A DNA stretch of 64,000 nt from Yuukianura sp. NJ FZ-2021 (lineage: Eukaryota): NCBI GenBank assembly GCA_046563655.1, contig CM102289.1, positions 8,432,001 to 8,496,000 of the forward strand, written 5' to 3'. Shown here piece after piece: positions 1-12,400 of this stretch. The notes below the pieces were generated by a model that did not search any database, was not told the DNA's origin, and worked only from the letters and a program-made list of their open reading frames with translations. Every line of letters begins with the position of its first letter. Position 1 is the first letter of the stretch. Both the position numbers and the translations under genes were made by a program.

Positions 1-1486
1 TGCTGCTGCTGGATGTTGGAATTAGGGAGTGGTAGGAAGATGCAGGGCAGGAGTGTATTCCCTAATGACAATGTGTTCTTGACTTGATCTTGTGGAGGGA
101 GATCCTGGTGCAGAGGAAATGGCGGTTGACTGAACGATTTCACATGGCCACGAAGGGCAGCCAGGAGCAATTCTGCATTTTAAAGGAGTCTCCCTTGGCT
201 ACACATTTATTGTTGAACCTACTGCATCTTCAACCAGTCTCGTCTTGAATACCAAAATGTCTAGGCTAAGGCTATGCCTTGGATAGGAAAAGGAAGATGA
301 GTTTCCTGAGTGTGGTGAAGATGTTCAGAAAGACGAAAGCAAAGGAAAAGTAATCTTCAGATGCTCTGCTTATGCACTTCTGACAAACAAAAATTAAAAT
401 ACGCACTGAAGGACTGAACTCTAGATTTCCAAAAACCTTAAAAGTTAGTTTGTGTTTTTGGTAATTTTTGTTTCCAAGGTTTATTAGCAACTTTGAAAAA
501 AAATCTCCTGTAAATTCCCATTTAGGAGATAATTTTTTTTTATTCTAAACCTTTCGATTTGCATTTTCTTGGCGGTTGGAATTAAAGCGGAATTGCGAAA
601 TGGAATTGCGGTTTCTAAAAATTTGGCAAATGGTTTGCTTTATTGCGGTTTTATGTTAAAGTGGAATGGCCAATGACCTGGAATAATTGTGAAGTTGGTC
701 TCATGAGGGCATGTCCAGGAAGATCTTTCTAGTAAAAGTCCGAAACCATATTGAGGTGAGTTGTTAAAAGAGCAAGGTAGATTTTGGCGGGAAGTAAATT
801 GGGATGCGTTGTGATTCGTTTTGGTAGTCAGGGTGAGAAGTCGAAAAGTACAAGTGAGTCCCTGTAGGCCCATTTGAACCTGCCCTTTTCCCTACTTCAC
901 TCCCAGTAGTCCAATATCCAAAATAAGAGACTGACTGACTGCTTTACTTGTGGATCCTACTTTTCCAAAGTGGAAAATGGCGCCAAAAACGTATTTTTTC
1001 TGATAGAGTGATTGTTGGCGGGAAACGGGGAGTTTGACCACTTCTGGAGAAAGACTTATGGTTAGGGGAAATGAAGTTGGGTGAATTGTAACGGTGGACC
1101 ATAAAGAACTAAAAGGAAGAAAGTCATCTTCTATGCTATGTGTGTCCTAGTGTCCGTTTTTCTGGAAGGGAGCTATGGAATTTCTCGTACCTTTAACTTT
1201 GAAATTGGGAAAACCACAAAAATGTCAGAGAAAGTTAGTGAAAGTTGGGAAGGGAGGCGGTTTTAGACGCATTGCAGTGGGGAAGGTTGCCAAGATGCTG
1301 GAAGAATTGACTTTTCGTGTCACTTGTAAGGAGGGATTATAAAAAAGTGGTGGACGTATGTTTTATTCTATTTATTTTCCTCTCCATCATCACTGGACTG
1401 CCACCAACTACATCCTGGACTAAGTGCGGAGAGTCTGGAACTCGGAACTGCGTGTTTCTTGGAAGGAACTGCTTATTTGCTGGAGA

Positions 1487-1546
1487 AATGCTGGATGTAC
1501 TGGAAGTACTTGGTATAATGCTGGATGTACTGGCGGTACTTGGTAT
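1487..1546. repeat. 30-bp tandem duplication (2 copies)
   Basis: AATGCTGGATGTACTGGAAGTACTTGGTAT followed by AATGCTGGATGTACTGGCGGTACTTGGTAT. Confidence 0.85.
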
Positions 1547-4500
1547 GTTGGGGAGTGATTGAAGATGGAAGATGATGATAATGCGGACATGGGAAGATTT
1601 TCAACTTGGCTCTCACGACCTGCCAGCTAGAACTTGACGAGAAAGTTGACTCCTGGAGGAAGTTGAAGTTTTGAGCAGGAGTTATTTTGGTGGGGGAAGA
1701 TGATGGACAGGAGAGAGGCGGAGGCAGAATGGATTTTGACACATGGACGTGAGGTCATGGGAGACTGGGGAAAGCGAACACCAATTTTTCACCATCGCGG
1801 TTAGGGATGCAGATATTGCTGGTCTCCAGAGATGAATTTTGCTTTTTTGCTGGAGGGTTTAAATTGTTCGTAAATGTGGTGAAGAAAAAGTGGGAGGAAA
1901 AGATTTACGAAAAAAGTTGAAGTGCGTTTTTTTGGACTTGGAATTGGATATTAAGAAGAGAAAAAAATTGGTGCGGCATGTAGTATTGGAGAAATTTTGC
2001 TGACTTGACACAGTAGAGGAAAGAATGGGGAGAGCGTTATGGAGAAAGTGGAATCATGAGGAAGAATTTCAGAATTCGAGGATTAATTTTGTACTAAAAG
2101 GGGGATTTATGTGTATCCTTGTAGCAGGAGCTGCTGAGCTGCAGTGAGATGATACGCCCATATACTATGTCCAGGATAATTTTTTTTTGTACTAGAGAAA
2201 GTTCTGGATATGGCACATTGTATCGGCCACGGCATACAGTTGCGTTAGTGAGGGAAAATGTTGAATCACATTGGAAATGGGTTCCCTGTTTCTCTTTTTC
2301 TGAAATGCTTTCTGTTTTATTAGGAATTTTGAACCATTCGACACACACGACGACTGTAAAAAGCAGAACTGATGAGAAATTGAGGCCTAACCCCTCCTCT
2401 AGGTTTCAGTTTTGATTAAAATGGTTTTTTCCTCGTGTTTTTTGAAATTGAAAACTAGAAACTGTATTTTAAAATGGACTGCGAGGAGGGACTTTTTTAA
2501 ATTTTGATTTTCACCAATTCCTGTACAAATTCAGGGCAGAATTTGTACGGTTTTGGATTTTGTATGGTTTCGATTTCGGCGCATGGTGGACGCCGAATTT
2601 TAGGAGGCGTGGATTGGTTCAATTAGCGTTTGAGAGGAAATGTATTTATTTATTCGAACGGCGTTCAGTCTTTAGTAGCAAATTAACCAATAATTTTATT
2701 TTTTCTTTCTCTTTGCTGCACTGCGTGGAGTAGTTTGAAACTGGCGGGTGGGCTGTGCAAGTAGGTAGGGAAAGTGGTTTGAAACTTTTGAAGTGTCCCG
2801 CAGATCTAATGAGCATGTTCAGGAAGTTTTGAGGGAGGGAAGCCTTTGGGGAGTTGGCATTTGGAAGGACTGTAATCTGTAAAATTGTGACTAGAATAAT
2901 TATTAACGTTTTTGTACTACGTGGGCTGCTTTGTTTTACAATTCTGCAGCGTTTTCTTCACTTTTACTGCTGGATTTGGGATGATGATGATGCTACTGCG
3001 GGATGTTTTGGCGAAATTTTGGAGAAAAAAAGGAATCGAGAGAGAGAGAAAAGCTCTTCCGATTGGCGAGTGGCTCAAAATCGCAATTTACGGACTTTTC
3101 GCAAAGTATTTGAAAGTCTATTGGCGTTCGTGCTCGGTGACTTACTTTTTGGCGGGATTTTAAAAAAAAGGGGCAAAGTGAAAGTGTTTTAAAGAATGTA
3201 GTTCAAGTTTTAAAGAAGAAGAGAGGTTTTAAAATGTGATAGGCTGCGTGTGCGTTCTTATTTTAACCCTATTACTCTGAGCCTGTAAGACCATGAGAAC
3301 CTACTGACTGGAGAAAAGAGCTGCTCAACTTTCTTTTTTTTAGTGAAAAGTTAAATCCCATCCGTCATTGAATTCAAATCTTTTCTCTTTTCTGTGAGAG
3401 TTTCAGAGTTTCTTTAGTTATTTTTATGTGCTTAGAATTAGCAGCGAGAAAATGAAATTAGAGAACCAAAGTCTGAGTCGGGAAACTGGAAATCCTTCTT
3501 GAAGTTTCTCTCTCTCTGTTGGAGAAAAGTATAAAAAATTAGCTCAAGTTCTTGCAAATTACTTTTTTCTAGCCTAAACTCCAAACTGCCTCTCCCAGAG
3601 TTTCTCATCTTAACTTTTTTGGAAAGGAGTTTTGAAAAGTTGGAAAACGGCGGGAAAACGTGCAATTAAAATGGGGATTGGAATTGCCTACAAAAGTACT
3701 GCTGCTGATGCTGGATGCTGGAGAGTGTGTGACGGGATCCGCTTAAAAACTGGGAAATGTGCTGAGTGTAGCAGACGTTCAATAATAAATGCTGATGCAT
3801 TAAAATGAGTTAAGAGGATAAGAACTCTTTTATCCCTCTGTGCCATAACTTTGACTTGAAGGAAGATGACGAGATTTGAGGAAAAAAAAGTAGAGGAAAA
3901 AGAGATTTTGGACTTTTTTGAAAAAAAAAAGTAAGAGAGGGTTAGAGGATTTGAAAAAAGAAAATGAAGAAAAGTAGAGTGCTAAGTTAAAAATGTACGA
4001 CGTGGGAACTGGAGGAAGATGCTGATTTGTTAGAATTTTTGAGTTTCCCCCGTTTTTTTTAAAGCAGGGCTTTACACTACTACACTTTTTAGTAAGGTTT
4101 TGTAAAGGACTTAAATGAGATTGTAGGCAGGAGAAAGTAAAGTTAGGCGGGAAGCGTAAAAGGGCTGCTCGGTTTTTATTATTTCGATAAATCCATTGCT
4201 TGGAAGTAAAAAAAAAGTACAGTTTTGAATGTTGGAATAGTTTTTCTAGGTTAGATTTTTTGGCGGGAAAGAGAGAAAGTTGAAATTTAGTTGAAAGAAA
4301 GGAATTTTTGGAGAAAGTGTTGGTTTGAAAAGACTTTGTATCTGAAATGGGGCTTGGTTGGATTTACATGGTGAGACACAGGGATCCCATCTTGATACGA
4401 TGCGATTAGAGTCTTCTGCTGTTGGATGCGAAGAAGAAAGTGAAAGTGACGAAGAGAATGGATTGGATCGATGAACTTTCCTTTGTTCTTCCTCTTTTCC

Positions 4501-5280
4501 CGTTTTTTTTTCCTTCTAAGAGTCTTTTGCTTAGTGAAGACCATGTCCCGAGTAAGAGGAAGAAGGAAAAGCGCGAGGAATGGACTGACTTTGTTCAATG
4601 GAGCACGAGGAGGAGTAATGGTGGAGGAGAAAAATGCAAATGGATCTTACCAATTTAAGGAGTGCCAAAAGTTTTCCTTCTTTTCACCACTAGGAGAAAG
4701 TCAGCCAAAAGGAATTGAGTTTTGAGAATGAAAAATGTTAGAGAGAGAAGATTTTTTTAGAAGCTTTTTGGTCTAGATTCGAAAGTCTTGAGAAGCAAAT
4801 TCTCTTAGATTTTGGGAATGAAATGAATAGAGGATGAGAAATTGTAGTTTCTTTGGGACTTTTTCTCTTTCTCTTGTTAGTTTGAAGAAACTTATGATGA
4901 GAAAGGAATCTCTTCCTTTTTTTTTTGTAGAAATTTAGTGAAATGATGCAGATGAGGAAGAAAACTGTTTTTTTTTTGTCTTGAAACTTTGTCGAAGTTT
5001 TTTTTTTCTCGTCGGTGAAATGGAGCCTAAGTGCTGCGAACAAAATAGGGGGCAAGTTTTTTTTTCCAAAGTTGCTCTAGTTTTTCTAAAAACTTGTAAA
5101 AAGCTTTGGTCCGACCTATGTTGAATGGAAACTTATGTGAAGGGCTCTCTTTTGTTCTAATGGAGAAATGTGAGGCTCTGCTGGCCCTTATCAGGCGTTT
5201 AAGGCTGAAAATGACTTGAACTTTTAAGGGAAAGGTCGTTGGAAAAAAAGTGACGAGTCGTCCATCTCTTCTAAGTTGGG

Positions 5281-5402
5281 TACCGTAAAACTACTAATAG
5301 AAGCCCAAGCGTCTGCTTGATTTAGTTCTACAGCTTCTACTCGGGGATTTCAGTAGAAGTTTTACGGTAATTACTGAGGATTCTATTAGAAGTTTTACGG
5401 TA
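5281..5402. mobile_element. Tc1/mariner-type MITE (TA-CCGTAAAAC family), copy 1, with a duplicated right end
   Basis: Left TACCGTAAAACTACTAATAGAA; right TTCTATTAGAAGTTTTACGGTA (reverse complement TACCGTAAAACTTCTAATAGAA). TA at both ends. A second right-end copy ends at 5369. Confidence 0.75.
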
Positions 5403-6507
5403 ACTTAAACTAATCTAAGAGAGAAAGCAAAGAGTTTCACCTTCTTGGAGTTGAGAAAAACTAACTCTGTCCCATATGTGGATATGTGGAACGAACAAAC
5501 ATAATGGCCGTTTGGGTAACTTTTTTTTGAAGATTTTTTTTTGGCGGCAAACTGGAGTTTGAACTTTTAGGCCAAAGACTTTTTGTCCATCTTGAAACTG
5601 CCGGGAAGAGGGAAAAAGCGATCGAAATTTATTGATTTAGTCATGCAAGGCATCTCTTACAAAAAAAAAAGTAGCCTCCATGCTTCCAGCGCTGCTTTTT
5701 TGGAACTTTTTTCTACTTGCGGAGATACGCAGTGAAAGTCTCTTTTTTGGACTAAAAGAGAAAGTTTTCTTCTTGTTATTTTTAGGAGATTTGAGCAAGG
5801 ACGAGGAGTTGTTGAAGTGGAGGATTTTTGGAAAAGCTTTCCATCTTTTTCTCTCTCTCGTTTTTGGTTAGGCTAGTTTTTTTCAGTGTCCAAGGACTGT
5901 AAGGTTAGTTTTTTTCTAGAGACTTTTTTGTGTCCCTGCAGAAAATGAACTTTGAGATTGGACATAATGGTCGTAAGGACTTGGACTGGGCTCAATAATC
6001 TGAATAATTTTTCGTTTTTCTTGGAACCGAACTGCTCCAAGTAACAAAGTCTATGGAAAACGGACTGGAACTTTCGTTTTTTGTTGTAAGAATGTTTGGG
6101 CAATTGGAACCTGTTATGGGAAATAAAATCCAATGGCCCTTATACTTTTCTTTCTGTGAAAGCAATTGAGTCAAGTTGAAAAAAAGAAGGAAATCAGCAG
6201 ACTTTTGGATTTTCTGTGGAAGATGCTAGTTTTTGGAGAAAGTTAGTTTTTTCTGCGGTTCTTGACTCTAAAAGATGAAGTTTTTTTGTGGTTACTTGTG
6301 GTAAAGATGCGGTTTGTGAGAACGCTAGGAGATAAGCAAGTTGTGGTAGTAATTCAGTGCTCGGTGGGCAGAAAGATAGACACACACGATTAGGAAAGAG
6401 AAATGGAACGTCTTCTTCTTTTTTGCTTTTGCTTGGTGTTAAAAACTGGGGAATGAGATTTCAGAGTGTGCTTTCTTTGCAGAATCGGCTAGACTATGGT
6501 AGGTTTT

Positions 6508-6597
6508 GGGGAAATGGGGAATATAGAATGTTAAGCTATGGGAAATAGGCTATGGGAAATGGGAAATATAAAATGTTAGGCTATGGGAAATGGGGAA
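6508..6597. repeat. Short degenerate tandem repeat (GGCTATGGGAAAT-based)
   Basis: GCTATGGGAAAT occurs three times and AATATA(G/A)AATGTTA twice. Confidence 0.7.
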
Positions 6598-7562
6598 TGA
6601 GCAGAGGGATGCCAAGAATGGGCGTTTCCTGGATGCCAAAATGGCTTTGTGCAAAATTACTTACGAAAAAAAGTCTGGGAACATTTGAGATTTGAAACGT
6701 CACTAACACTATACTGGTCAAGTTGAATGCTGGTCAAGCATTCGGAAGTTGCGTTGTTACGACCCGACTTTAAGTGGATTTGAAATCCAGTGGTAGACTT
6801 TTAAATTGGATTTGGCTCATACTCTATGCCTTTTCCCTACCCTAACTAGTTCGGATTTTGTACAAAAGGGAAAGCAGAAGTCTAGTTACCCGCTTGTCTT
6901 TCTTCCTTTTACTTTCACTTTTGTGCTAGCATAGGAAGAATATCTGTTCATTAGGAGAGTCTAGTTGGAGAGCTTTCCGTTTCTAACTTAATCATTCTCA
7001 AAGAGTTTTAGCCCCCTGTGCTTAACACTTCTGACTTAGGTTAGGCTGCTGGTTAAGTTAGTGTGCTGCCCAGGGAGAGGGTTTGATGAGTTTTAGAGGG
7101 GTAATTAGCACTTGACTCAAATTGAACTCTGGGCATGTGGGTTCCAGTGCAGCTTTCACCGTGTTTCACCCGGCACAAGTTGGAGTAGGGATAAAAACTT
7201 CATGGTCTGCCGAATTGGCAGTATTAGTTTACGAGCACTGAATGGAGGAGAGTAATGATTTTATGTCTAGTTTTAGTAATCACTTGGCTTTATTTTGATT
7301 GGTCCTTGTGTCTCTGGCCTTGTACAAGGTCCTTGATTTAAATGGATCCATTTGATTTCATTTTGAAACAATGGAAACGGCGTTGTTGAAAGGAAAAACT
7401 GAGAAACTGCGACTACAACAAAAGTATTTGGGTTCGTGGTAACAAAGAAGAAAGTTTTATGATTCTACGATTTTTTTTTGCGATGCGATTCTACGATTTT
7501 AGCACTGAATTATGCGATTTTAGCATTACCATTCAAAATGGGTTGAAAAGAGGCGTTATGAG

Positions 7563-7752
7563 TAGGGTTGTCAAAAATATGTGCTAAAAACCTACTAATA
7601 TGGACAAAAAAATATTTTTTTTTTATAAAAGGCGCCCAAATATTTATTCATTTAACATTAACGGGATGGCTAAATAAATAAAAAAATTAATAACAAAAAA
7701 TATTTGTTTATTAACATTATGCGCATGGGTACTAAATATTTTTGACATTCTT
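7563..7752. mobile_element. Possible decayed hAT-like MITE
   Basis: Starts TAGGGTTGTCAAAAATAT; its 12-bp core TGTCAAAAATAT is inverted at 7736-7747. The interior is very AT-rich and lacks the flanking G skew. Outer right end degenerate; no target-site duplication verified. Confidence 0.3.
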
Positions 7753-9411
7753 GGTTATGAGTATCGCGAAGTTGTGCCAGGCAGCTAGTGATTCCGTGAC
7801 CTCGTTTTATTAAATTTGAGTGGATTTGATATTGAGTGGAGAAAGTACGAGATTTTTGTTATTACACTACCCATATTTTTTGGCGAAAGGCAGAAAAAAA
7901 TTTTTTTTGTCTTGATTTTTTTTGGGAGAATGTATTGTCTTTTTGGAGTTTCATTTTGTGTAGGATGGACTTTTTTTTTTTGGTTTAGATTTTCGTGTGT
8001 TTCTCTTTTGAACAGACTCTGATTGCTTTTTGTCATGCAAACTGGAAAAGAGAGAGACAATGGAGAAAGTTTCTGGGAGAGAAAGCTAATGTAATCCTGG
8101 TGTGGATAATATTAAGGATTGGATGTTGAAATTGGATTTGGGAGTCAAACGGGCCTTTTCTCTTGGATGATGGAAAAGTGGAAAGAGAAGAGGAGGAATG
8201 AATAATAATTTTGTATATTGGCTGCTAAGGGCCTCTTTCCAAATTTAAGTTGACAATGGGAGCCTTGGGTATACTTTGGACTTTTTGAGTTTGGGAGGAT
8301 CCAATCGAATAATATAACCAAATGAACCTAAATCCAATAAAAGCGGAAGGGGGCCCTTTGCTTTTCCCGCTCTCCAGTATCGTCTCTTAATATCATGATT
8401 TTGTGATTTTGATTCTTAAGAGCCTTGAAGACTTTCTGTTCCAGTGTAGCAGAAGAGCCTATGAATAAGTTTAGGTTTTTGGGTTTTATGAAATAAGGGA
8501 GGGAGAAAGTGGTTTCCAAAGTCTGGTCCTGACTCTATCATCATGGTTTGCTGAATTTCATCATTTTATCCAAGATAATGCAGTATGAGTGGAGAAGGAG
8601 GCTGGAGAAGAAGGTTAGGTTATGTACCTAACCTAAAAGAAGAAGATGAGATGAGGAGATGAGATCAAGTCAACTGAACATGGGAAAATTGAAAATTGTG
8701 GAATGTGAAAGCCAAGGGCTGGAAACGGTGAAAGTTAGGTTGGGTGTAGTTTTTTTTAGCGGCATGACATCCTAGTGGTTAGGTTTGGTAGTGAAAGCAT
8801 AGTAGTGGTTTTGGGTTGGATTGAGACTCACGAGAGCGTTTCCAAGATTTATTATCCTTGAGAAAGTAGGGCTGGTGGGATATATTAATGGAAAGAGAGG
8901 GCCATGTATCAGATTCGAGCTTTTTCCTCATCATGGATCTCTCTCTGCGTCTCCCTTTTATTCGGTTCGTTGCTCAAATTTACAAAGTCCCCTCTTCTCG
9001 TCTTCGTTTTCGGTTCCCGGGCTTTTTTTGGCAGTCCGGAGGAGTCGATGGAATAAAATTATTGTGGGGGTAAAATGAACTGGGGATTTATTTATGACCT
9101 CGGAAATCGGGGAATATTGGAAGAGGAGAAGGTGACGGGTGGTGGTCGTTCATTTGCCAAGACCAGCATGACGTGCTGGAAGTACTGGCAAGTATATACT
9201 GGCAGCATTACATAGTGGCAGGACCACCAACTGGACTGTGGAGAAAGTGACACACGATGGAGTATGCTCGAGGGATTTTGGAGGACTAAAGTGGTAGTGG
9301 TCGAGGTAATATTTTAGATTGTGGGAATTAGATTTTGGGTTTTTGAAATAAATTGGTCGAGGGTTGTGAATTTTAGGTAATGGACGGATAGTATTTTAGA
9401 TTTGGTCACTT

Positions 9412-9491
9412 GGAACAGTGGAGGGAGTAACTATGTTAGGCTTTGCTTAGGAGCAGTGGAGGGAGTAACTATGTTAGGCTTAGCTTAGGAA
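9412..9491. repeat. 38-bp tandem duplication (2 copies)
   Basis: CAGTGGAGGGAGTAACTATGTTAGGCTT(T/A)GCTTAGGA at 9416 and 9454. Confidence 0.85.
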
Positions 9492-12400
9492 CCAGATTGC
9501 TGTGACACTACTTTGAAACGGAAGTCAGAAGAGTCATGGTTTCGAGGTGGCTGGGTTTGAAATTTGCATATTTTCGGAGCATCTCCCGCTCTTACTTTTG
9601 AATTTGGCGGGCGGAATCCGTTTTGAAGCGGTTTTCCATCCTCTGGTTGTGTATTTATTTCCGGTGGGGCCTTATGGAAACAGTGGTGCGTGAAGGCACT
9701 GTGCCGTGGAGGCTGAAATTATTGGAAAGGCGGAGAGAAAGCTTAAAGAGATGCCAAAAACAAAGCGGCAAACGGAATCATAATTTGTTTCGTTCCTTGA
9801 AAATTTTCCGGAGAAAATTGTCTGTGTCTAATGCTAATTTTCTGGATTTGGACTAAAACCTCTTTGTTCCATTTTGAGTGTTGGAATTTTAGAGGAGTTT
9901 TGTGCTTTTGGATGGCTTTTGCTGGTTTTTGGTAAAATTTTGAGAATTTCTCCGTTTGTGATATGGCGGACTAGGAAAAGCCTTAAGTGGTCTCAGTGGG
10001 ACTAAAATTATGGTTCATTTTTCGGAGCCGAATTGAGCATAGTGGTAAAATGGGTTTTGGTTTTAGAAGTTTTCAGTTGGAGATAATTACATCATGCCAG
10101 TGATCCAGAAATCTTGCAAAAGTTTTAGAACTTTCAAAATTTTAACAGTTTTAACAGTTGAAATGAAAAGCTTTAGGGCAGGAAGCGACTGTCCTTGACT
10201 TGTCTTTCTGTCTGTCACTGGGCAAAATGCCTATTAAAATACGAACTTTTTCTTTTCCCGGTGTAATTCGATCCAACTGCTAGCAGTAGAGTTGGGGTTG
10301 GGACATGGCAGGCGCTGTGTCACGTGTGTCCTTTATGTGTGAACCATTTCATATGTCACTAATAATATATTTTTAGGAGGGGAATTTTTTCAGTAGAGTT
10401 GTGTACTGTTTGCAGCAGGAGGCAACGGAGGATGTTTTAATGGTCTCCAGCTTTTGTTAGGTTAATGGGTTTTTGAAAATTTTGTATGGGGAGACGGGAA
10501 ATTTAAAAAAAAATGAAAATAAATCAAAAAACGATGCGGGATCAAGTTTGGAGGATTTTAGATTTAACGATACTTTTTGGCATTTTCGATAACTTTGGTA
10601 ATTTTAAACTGCGGGGACGGACAGACAGACACAAAAGGTGATACAGTTTTTATGTGAGGACGGACGGACAAACGTGCCAAACATTTCTTTATGTAGAAGA
10701 GAATTTTTCTATGTTTTTTTCGTTTTGTTTTTATGTTTGTTTTGTGTATATGTGTGCTTTTTGTTGCTGTCAAAGGCTAGAGACAAGAGAAAAATTATTG
10801 TAAGAAATCACTCGGGATTTGGTACATGATGCTGCAGAAATGAATTTATCAATATTAGTGTAACAGTCAATTTGGAGGATCGTAAGAATTTGCTATTATT
10901 GGTTTAGGTGAAAGCAGAAGGGAATTGCGTAGTATTAGCTTTTGAGAGGCAGAGAGATTTTTTGTGGAGGAGAAAGTGCAGTGCTGGGTAAAATAATTGA
11001 ATTGAAGGAGGAGATTGTAAGGTTAAGAGGGTCGGGGTCTTTGGAATCTTTGGGGAGTTGAGGAGGATGATGGAGGAATTGAATAGAGAAATAATTGTGA
11101 ATAATGGTATTTTTTGGCAGAAGGAATTGTGAAAGCAAGGGAGAGTGGTTCCATTCAAGTGGAATTTGAAAGAGTAAAGTGGATGGATCAGAGAAGCCTT
11201 ACACTCCTTTTCATTCAGATTCAGACGGATCTTTTGAATTCTGAAGTTCCATTTGGAAATGGTGGTGCTAGTTGAATGATTTGAATTCAATTGTACCCTA
11301 ATATTTCCTATCAGGATGCAATTATGCTCTGCTCCAGCCTCAGGAAGAACGTGACAGAATCTTGGAGTGGTGGCGGAGAAAGTGCGAGGAGAAAGTTAGG
11401 CTGGAAGGAATTTTGAAAGTGGAGAAAAGTCAAGGAGTGGAGAGGAAAGTGGTATTTTTTAGGTGATGGTATTCAATTTTATTATTTTTTGTAGTACTAT
11501 TTCCCAATTGGAAAAGTTTTGGCGGGAGAAAGAGGATTTAAGGCGAGTAATGCAATAAACAAGGCTTTGAGATCGACGAGGATTATTTGAATTTGAATGT
11601 TTTGGAATTTTGGATATATTGAGAGAAAAAGAGGATGTTAGGTTTAGGTTAAGTTAAAGTGGAAAGAGAAAGAATAAGGAGAAGTGAAAGTTTTAGTTAG
11701 ATTTGGAACGCACAGTGTGTAGTGGAAGAAAGCGCATCCTTCCTTCCGCTTCTATCGCTTTCTACTTTGTGTGTTATGGTGGTGGTGGGTAGTTTTTGAC
11801 AGGGAGAAGACTATATGTTAGAGCATAACCTAAGTTAGGTTATACTCGTTCTAAGTTGTGTGTAGTAGGATTTCGATTGCTCATTTCCTTCTTCCCCCAT
11901 GCTTTCTCTCCCTTCTCTGTCTTGAACAAAAGTCCTTGGAGAACGGAAAAGGAGCAAATTGTGTTTCGGGAATTCATCCTGTCTTCCAAATGTGTTGGGA
12001 GAAGACGGAGGAGGGAAAGAGAGATGCAATTCGGAACGAATGAACCCTGAAAATCGGTTTTTTCTTTTACTTTTTTGGAAAACGAGAAAAGCTTGGGTTA
12101 GAGTGAGGGAAATGCTGAAAAAGCGTAGTTTTTGAGTTTTAGGGAGAATGTTTTTTACCCTTGGGTTTTGTAGATTCAACTACTTTTGGCTGGTCGGTAA
12201 GTAAAAGTTGAAAGCGGAAAGACAAAGAGAAGAGAGAGAATATTTAAGAGAAAGCGCGGGAAAGAATGACTGCACAATTTCCTATTATGGATCTTGTATT
12301 TTTCAATTGGAAAAGGTTAGGGGAGGAGAGAGATTGTATTAGTAGAGTGAAAGTGGCTAGTTTTGGAAAGTTGAGTTTCCTTGTATTTCGTATTTCCTTT